In this document: in pieces, positions 26,971-32,068 of the stretch
Position numbering within the stretch: position 1 is the stretch's first letter
How the letters are laid out: every line of letters starts with the position of its first letter
Assembly: GCA_964477215.1 (NCBI GenBank)
Contig: CAYZET010000003.1
Location: 1 to 32,068 of the forward strand
DNA length: 32,068 nucleotides
Reading direction: 5' to 3'
Source of the DNA: an uncultured Syntrophaceae bacterium
Lineage (GTDB): Bacteria > Desulfobacterota > Desulfomonilia > Desulfomonilales > Desulfomonilaceae
Notes under the pieces: model-generated
What the model was told of the DNA's origin: nothing
What the model saw: the letters and a program-made list of their open reading frames with translations, nothing else
Databases searched by the model: none
Translations under genes and position numbers: made by a program

Positions 26971-26985
26971 TGGCACGAATGTTGC
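26971..26985 (+). promoter_or_regulatory. sigma-54 (-24/-12) promoter of carboxylase-like set 2
   Basis: TGGCACGAATGTTGC is an exact match to TGGCAC-N5-TTGC with correct GG-N10-GC spacing. It points toward the set-2 genes and lies downstream of an EBP gene. It is the only canonical match I found in the window. Confidence 0.65.
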
Positions 26986-27237
26986 CTAGTATCCTGAACG
27001 AGGCATGAACGAGATCGTCCGGTCCTTTATCTCTCCCATCATCAGGGAACTTAGTGGACGATTTCACAAACACGCTGCCGTTTTCACTGCAACACGGTTG
27101 ACTCGATTGCGGTGGCACGCGGCAAGAATGGCGGCGAGGGCGGGTTTGAATCCCGCACCTACGGGCACTGCTACGGTACTCCTGGGGCAAAGCCGACGCG
27201 CCCTACCGCGAGGATCTCCGCGCGAACTTCCCATAGC

Positions 27238-27265
27238 GCCGGCGTCTCGCCGGTATTCTTGTTTT
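27238..27265 (+). terminator. terminator/attenuator-like hairpin inside the set-2 leader
   Basis: G-CCGGCG-TCT-CGCCGG-T stem (6 GC-rich bp plus a G-U pair, 3-nt loop) is followed by ATTCTTGTTTTG. The loop is short and the U-tract is interrupted, so the call is weak. Confidence 0.2.
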
Positions 27266-27381
27266 GAACTGGCCTTGAGGGATGGGCGGATTTAGAGCCT
27301 GTCCCAATGCAGGGCAGGTTTGAAGCCTGCGCTTTTTCTCACAGCCTGTTCGAAGAAATGGGTAAAGGAGGGAATTCACGT

Positions 27382-29373
27382 ATGGGATTCACTGCTGACA
27401 TCGACACCGGCGGCACATTCACTGATGGCTTGTTCACGAACGGCCACGAGATCAAACGGGTCAAGGTGGACACCACCCCCCATGATCTCACCGTAGCATG
27501 GATCAATTGCCTCAGACAGGGTGCCGCCCAGTTCGGCTTTTCCACGATCCGCGATTTCTTGGAAAAAGTCGACATCATGCGGTGGTCATCCACCGTTGCG
27601 ACAAATGTCATAGCCGAGCGCAAGGGGCCAAAGCTCGGCCTCTTCGTGAGCGAGGGAAAACAGAAGTCCTTGTATTCGGCCTTGCAGAAGAGCCCGGCCG
27701 TGGGTTTTCTCGTTGAAGAATCGAATATCGAGGCTGTGAGACTGCCCCTCAACACCGAGGATCTTCTCTTGCGAATCCGGCACCTCCTCGAAAAGGGCGT
27801 CCGTCGCATATGCATCAGCCTTGGGAACGGGCTGCGTCATGACGAAGAAGCTACGATCAAAAAGGTTTTCGAAGAGCAATATCCTGACCACTACCTGGGC
27901 AACGTTCCGCTTCTTCTCGGTCGAGATGTCCTCAAACATCAAGACGACATGACCCGCACACATATGGCTCTCATGAACTCGTACGTTCATGGCCCTATGG
28001 CAGTGACGATGTTCAAAGCCGAGGATGAGCTGAGGCAACGAGGATTCCTCAAACCTTTGCTGGTAGGGCACATAGACGGCGGTGTTGCTCGAGTCTCCAA
28101 GACCAAGCCTGTGGACACTATCGAGTCGGGTCCAATCTTCGGTATCCACGCAGGCGCCTACTGGGCCCGGCTCTACGAGCTTCCTCATGTGTTGACGTTG
28201 GACGTGGGTGGCACCACCACAAAGGTGGGGCTCGTAGAGAACTTTAAGCCCGCTGTATCAAGAGATCCTGATATCTTCGGGATCCCTTTGAAGCAGCCCA
28301 TGCTTGATCTGCGCAGCATTCCCCTCGGTGGCGGGAGCGTGGCACGAGGAAATGCAAAGGAGGTTCACCTCGGACCGAAAAGTATGGGAGCCTATCCTGG
28401 CCCCGCCTGTTACGATCTTGGAGGCAGCGAGGCCACTCTGACCGATGCGTACGTATCTAACGGCTTCATCGACCCCGCATACTTTTCCGGAGGAACAAAG
28501 AAACTGAGCTCCTCGAGGTCAGAGAAAATGATCGTGGACAAGGTCGCCACTCCCATTGGTGTGGATCTTCAAGTCGCGTCATACAGGATTGCATCAACTG
28601 CCACAGACATGGTCGCACAGGAGCTTAATCGCGCCATATCGAAGACTAAGAGATCTGCGGCCCAATACGTCCTGTTCGCGTTCGGGGGCAACGGCGGATT
28701 GTTGGGTTTGGAGGCAGCCAAGAAGGCGGGAATAAACAAAGCGTACTTCTTTTCATACGGCTCTGTCCTGAGCGCTTTCGGGTCTTCCGTAGCAGACGTG
28801 TCCCACACCTATGAACATTCGGCGACGATTCCCATCACCCAGACCGCACACGTGGAACAAGCCCTGGAGTGGATGAGAGAGGAGGCTCGGCTAGATATGG
28901 AAGGCGAAGGATTCGATCCCACCAGCGTATCAGCGGAGCTGGAGCTCGTTCTCTTCGATGAGAGAAACAGGGAGAAAGTTTTTTCGGTCACCTCCCCTTG
29001 GGAGATCGGGGAGCCCCGTCACCGGAAAACCATCAAAGACTCTCTCGATGAATCGAGCCTGGGTGACACCCCCGAACAATGGTGTATCGACATAGTGCGG
29101 CTCCGGGTGAGCGCTCCCCTATTGAAGCTCGACCCGTCGAGCTGGGCAGACCAGGGTGAGGATGCGTCTGGTGCTCTCAAGGGAGAACGGGACGTCTGGC
29201 GAGGAACCGAGAAAGTCGCTACCAAGATTTACGATTGGGACAGGCTCAATACGGGAAACATAGTGATCGGTCCCGCAATCATCGAGAGTGTGGACACCAC
29301 GTACGTTGTGAATCGCGGCTGGGAGTTTGTCATGGATCGTTACCGCAATGGCGTTTTGACGAGGAGGGCCTGA
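27382..29373 (+). CDS. hydantoinase A/oxoprolinase-family subunit (HyuA-like; set 2, position 1)
   Basis: ATG 27382 lies 7 nt after AAGGAGGG. DIDTGGTFTD is at the N-terminus and the second motif is LDVGGTTTKVG. 663 aa. The upstream part of ORF 27307 has no paralogue support. Confidence 0.88.
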   Translation: MGFTADIDTGGTFTDGLFTNGHEIKRVKVDTTPHDLTVAWINCLRQGAAQFGFSTIRDFLEKVDIMRWSSTVATNVIAERKGPKLGLFVSEGKQKSLYSALQKSPAVGFLVEESNIEAVRLPLNTEDLLLRIRHLLEKGVRRICISLGNGLRHDEEATIKKVFEEQYPDHYLGNVPLLLGRDVLKHQDDMTRTHMALMNSYVHGPMAVTMFKAEDELRQRGFLKPLLVGHIDGGVARVSKTKPVDTIESGPIFGIHAGAYWARLYELPHVLTLDVGGTTTKVGLVENFKPAVSRDPDIFGIPLKQPMLDLRSIPLGGGSVARGNAKEVHLGPKSMGAYPGPACYDLGGSEATLTDAYVSNGFIDPAYFSGGTKKLSSSRSEKMIVDKVATPIGVDLQVASYRIASTATDMVAQELNRAISKTKRSAAQYVLFAFGGNGGLLGLEAAKKAGINKAYFFSYGSVLSAFGSSVADVSHTYEHSATIPITQTAHVEQALEWMREEARLDMEGEGFDPTSVSAELELVLFDERNREKVFSVTSPWEIGEPRHRKTIKDSLDESSLGDTPEQWCIDIVRLRVSAPLLKLDPSSWADQGEDASGALKGERDVWRGTEKVATKIYDWDRLNTGNIVIGPAIIESVDTTYVVNRGWEFVMDRYRNGVLTRRA

Positions 29374-29374
29374 C

Positions 29375-29749
29375 ATGGGACGACGCGTATCTGTCACCGA
29401 ATACCTGGAGCTCGACGTAGATGAATGCACATGGCACTGTGCTTCGTGCGGTCGTGCGCTGGTAGACGCGGAAGAAAATTACAAGAGAGGATGTCTCGTC
29501 CACAATCGAGATCCTCGTGAAATCCACAACGCTGTGTACGAGGCAGATTTCAACTTCGCTCCCGATCCCTCCTGGGTGAGAATCCTTGAGTTCTATTGCC
29601 CCAGTTGCGGCACACAGATCGAAACCGAGTATCTCCCGCCGGGACATCCTGTTACTCACGACATCAATATTAATGTCACAACGCTGAGAGCCAGGCTCGA
29701 TAGTGGTGAGCTTGCATTGGTCAACAAGAAGCTGGAGGTGAGATCGTGA
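29375..29749 (+). CDS. acetone/acetophenone carboxylase gamma-subunit-family small Cys4 protein (set 2)
   Basis: 124 aa with VTEYLELDV, CxxC pairs (CASCG, CPSCG) and EYLPPGHPVTHD. GAGGAGGG lies 6 nt upstream of the ATG. The stop overlaps the next gene's GTG (GTGA). Confidence 0.88.
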   Translation: MGRRVSVTEYLELDVDECTWHCASCGRALVDAEENYKRGCLVHNRDPREIHNAVYEADFNFAPDPSWVRILEFYCPSCGTQIETEYLPPGHPVTHDININVTTLRARLDSGELALVNKKLEVRS

Positions 29750-31866
29750 ATACCATCGATATTGACGTGGGCGGAACCTTTACCGATCTCGTGATGAATT
29801 ACAACGGAAAGACCATCTTGAAGAAGATGCCTACCACTCCGTACGATCTTTCCGTCTGTTTCTTGAATGTGATCGAAGAAGCGAGCCGTGAGCTGGACCA
29901 GGATTCGGATCAATGCCTGCCCAAGATTGATCTCCTTCGCTACTCCACAACCGTGGCAATGAATAGGCTTATCGAACGTAAGGGACCTGCTTTGGGCCTC
30001 ATTACCACTGAAGGCCATGAGGACTGCATTCTTATCGGCAGAGGTGCGCAATGGGTTGACGGAACTCGCGTCTCTGAGAGGCGGAATCTGGCCATGCAGA
30101 AAAAGCCTGTGCCGCTCATCGCGAGGGAATACATCGTGGGCGTCAGTGAGCGCATCGATTCGTTTGGCAGCGTTATAAGGCCCCTGGACAAGAGCGATGT
30201 CCGCCGAAAGATACATTACCTGGTAGACAAGGGGGTTCGAGGCTTTGTGGTTTCGCTCCTTTGGTCGCAGGTCAATCCAGCTCACGAGAAGATGATCAAG
30301 CAGATCATTCGAGAAGAATACAAGGAATTCTATCTCGGATACTTGCCAGTCGTGCTCGCAAGCGACGTGATTGGACGCTCGGGAGAGTACCAGCGGACCA
30401 TGACAGCGATTCTCGATGCGTATCTGCATCGAGCCATGCAAATCGAGCTGTCCGCCATGTGGGACAAGTTGAGAGAATATAACTATTCCGGACCCTTCAT
30501 GATGGTTCACAACTCCGGCGGCATGGCAGAAGTCTTCAAAACGGATGCTGTCAGGACGTACAGCGCGGGTCCAGTGGCTGGCTTGATCGGATCGTACCGG
30601 CTGGCGCAAGAACTTGGATTCCGCAACGTCATAGCGACGGACGTGGGCGGAACGAGCTTTGACGTTGGCCTCGTGGTCGAGCAGAACGTGAGGAATTACG
30701 AGTTCAGGCCCATACTTGATAGCTGGATGGTGGGGATCACCATGCTCCAGACAATGTCCATTGGTGCTGGAGGAGGGTCCATCGCGTGGATTAACGAGAC
30801 GCTCGGCAATCGCCTGGAAGTGGGACCGCAGAGTGCGGGGTCTTACCCGGGTCCTGTCTGTTACGACCAGGGGGGAGAAGATCCTACCGTGACCGATGCA
30901 GATCTCGTGCTCGGCTACATTGATCCTGACTACTATTTCGGCGGCAGAATGCCTCTTAACAAGAGTAGGGCCGAAGAGGCCATCCAAAGCAAGATAGCGG
31001 ACCCACTCGGGATATCGGCAGCAGAGGCTGCTCTCCTCATCCGCAGGATCGTTGATGCAAACATGTCAGCCGCAATCAGAAAGGAGATCAACCTGCGGGG
31101 GTACGACCCGAGGGATTTCGCCCTCTTTGCCTTCGGAGGAGGAGGCCCCACCCACGTCGCCGGGTACATGGGCGAGCTTCCCGTGTCCGTGATTTTCCCC
31201 TTCTCGCCGGTCTTCTCCGCTCTCGGTTCGTCCGTCATGGACATTAAGCACATCTATGAACGCTCCCGAAGGTACGTCCTCATGGAGCCCCACACCCGAA
31301 AATTCAACACCGATTATGCGGACTTCAACAACGTGGTCGCCGACCTGGTTGAGAAAGCGAAAAGAGAGCTCGTGGGCGAAGGACTGCCGGTGCAAAACGC
31401 TGTTTTTCAGCTCGAGCTCGACATGCTGTACGGCGGCCAGGTTCACCGGAAAAGATCGAGCTCGCCTGTTCTTTTCGTCAAATCTCCCGCTGATATAGAG
31501 GCAATCTACAAAGAGTTCGAGAGGGAGTTCAGCGAGACCTTCAGTCCCCTCGTCGTACATCCCGAGGGTGGGGTGTACGTGGAAAGCTTTGTGGTCACGG
31601 CGTCGATCCCCGCTCGGAAGCCTGAGCTTCCAAGCTACGATTTGCGGAGCCCAGACGCTGGGGCCGCTTTGAAGGGTAAACGACCGTGCTATTGGGGTAA
31701 CGGAGGATATGAGGAGACCGCGGTGTACGACTACGATCTGCTCAGCGCGGGCAATGAAGTTGCGGGACCGGCTATTTTGGAAGCCGAATATACTACCGTG
31801 GTGATCCCGCCCCAATACAAGTGCTCTATAGATCAACACCTGTTCGGACGTATTCAGCGAGCATAA
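29746..31866 (+). CDS. hydantoinase A/oxoprolinase-family subunit (HyuA-like; set 2, position 3)
   Basis: DIDVGGTFTD, RYSTTVAMNRLIERKGPALGLITTEGHEDCILIGRGAQW, MVHNSGGMAE and TDVGGTSFDVG. 706 aa. GTG start after GGAGG. Confidence 0.9.
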   Translation: MNTIDIDVGGTFTDLVMNYNGKTILKKMPTTPYDLSVCFLNVIEEASRELDQDSDQCLPKIDLLRYSTTVAMNRLIERKGPALGLITTEGHEDCILIGRGAQWVDGTRVSERRNLAMQKKPVPLIAREYIVGVSERIDSFGSVIRPLDKSDVRRKIHYLVDKGVRGFVVSLLWSQVNPAHEKMIKQIIREEYKEFYLGYLPVVLASDVIGRSGEYQRTMTAILDAYLHRAMQIELSAMWDKLREYNYSGPFMMVHNSGGMAEVFKTDAVRTYSAGPVAGLIGSYRLAQELGFRNVIATDVGGTSFDVGLVVEQNVRNYEFRPILDSWMVGITMLQTMSIGAGGGSIAWINETLGNRLEVGPQSAGSYPGPVCYDQGGEDPTVTDADLVLGYIDPDYYFGGRMPLNKSRAEEAIQSKIADPLGISAAEAALLIRRIVDANMSAAIRKEINLRGYDPRDFALFAFGGGGPTHVAGYMGELPVSVIFPFSPVFSALGSSVMDIKHIYERSRRYVLMEPHTRKFNTDYADFNNVVADLVEKAKRELVGEGLPVQNAVFQLELDMLYGGQVHRKRSSSPVLFVKSPADIEAIYKEFEREFSETFSPLVVHPEGGVYVESFVVTASIPARKPELPSYDLRSPDAGAALKGKRPCYWGNGGYEETAVYDYDLLSAGNEVAGPAILEAEYTTVVIPPQYKCSIDQHLFGRIQRA

Positions 31867-31889
31867 CCCTAGGCAAGGAGGTTTGCGAA

Positions 31890-32068
31890 ATGGCAATTTT
31901 GACTCCTGAAGAGAAGCTGGCCATGCTCAAGCCAGAGCCGCCCGACGAGGATGAAATACGGTGCGTGGAATGGCTTGCTCCGGGCGACTACGAAGTCGGC
32001 TTTGAACGCATGAACAATATATTGGATGAAGCTATGGAGGTATTCGTCAGATCGTCCCGCAGCTCGAT
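31890..32068 (+). CDS. hydantoinase B/oxoprolinase-family subunit, 5' partial (set 2; truncated by window end)
   Basis: My own translation from ATG 31890 (AAGGAGG 8 nt upstream) reads MAILTPEEKLAMLKPEPPDEDEIRCVEWLAPGDYEVGFERMNNILDEAMEVFVRSSRSS. It aligns with the N-terminus of the HyuB-like ORF at 23111. The frame is open to the end of the window. Confidence 0.8.
   Translation, partial: MAILTPEEKLAMLKPEPPDEDEIRCVEWLAPGDYEVGFERMNNILDEAMEVFVRSSRSS

Noticed and set aside
27140-27156. tRNA T-arm-like element GCGGG-TTTGAAT-CCCGC
   Set aside because: No complementary acceptor stem, D-arm or anticodon arm could be built around it, and the loop reads TTT rather than TTC. It is not a tRNA. A tRNA 3'-fragment (att-like scar) cannot be shown without a matching full tRNA.
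27005-27295. 96-aa plus-strand ORF (and the 115-aa minus-strand ORF 26843-27190) in the long intergenic region
   Set aside because: Both are very basic and low-complexity (Arg/Ala/Pro-rich). GAGG lies only 1 nt from the ATG at 27005. The terminator-like hairpin lies inside the plus-strand frame. I treat the region as non-coding leader.
28345-28360. TGGCACGAGGAAATGC, and similar TGGCAC strings near 27113 and 29432
   Set aside because: The -12 spacing or sequence is wrong, and the sites lie inside coding regions or the leader. These are chance occurrences of TGGCAC.
29656-30987. 443-aa ORF on the minus strand
   Set aside because: It lies entirely antisense to the well-supported HyuA-like gene at 29746-31866. 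It is Arg/His/Ser-rich with no recognisable motif, a typical shadow ORF in GC-rich DNA.
31066-31896. 276-aa minus-strand ORF
   Set aside because: It is a shadow ORF opposite the C-terminal half of the HyuA-like gene at 29746-31866.
1-32068. Search for CRISPR arrays, IS elements/transposases, integrases, rRNA, tRNA, toxin-antitoxin or known defence genes
   Set aside because: I found no periodic repeat-spacer structure, no long terminal inverted repeats, and no ORF with transposase, integrase, nuclease or defence hallmarks on either strand. This scan was by eye, so short or degenerate elements could have been missed.

Overview
GC-rich bacterial chromosomal window, probably from a deltaproteobacterium/Desulfobacterota-like anaerobe. 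That placement is an inference from gene content (sigma-54 regulation, lysC-cimA adjacency), not a measurement. Positions 1-18,000 carry densely packed housekeeping genes: eno, a cation/H+ antiporter, uspA, an MFS transporter, a minus-strand modA-moeA-modB-modC-like molybdate/tungstate operon, tsaE, lysC, cimA, and a ddl/MurU-like/AmgK-like cell-wall operon. From about 18,200 to the window end the content changes. Two tandem four-gene sets each encode HyuA-like, small Cys4 gamma, HyuA-like and HyuB-like proteins. This is the subunit inventory of acetophenone-carboxylase-type (Apc) ATP-dependent carboxylases/hydrolases. The sets are separated by a sigma-54 enhancer-binding protein whose receiver domain has Asn at the phospho-acceptor position, and by a 640-nt intergenic region with a canonical -24/-12 promoter. 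The left edge of this block abuts a truncated DUF2284-like gene remnant that runs into the ddl start. I recognised no rRNA, tRNA, CRISPR array, transposase or integrase. The substrate of the two carboxylase-like systems cannot be read from the sequence and is the main open question.
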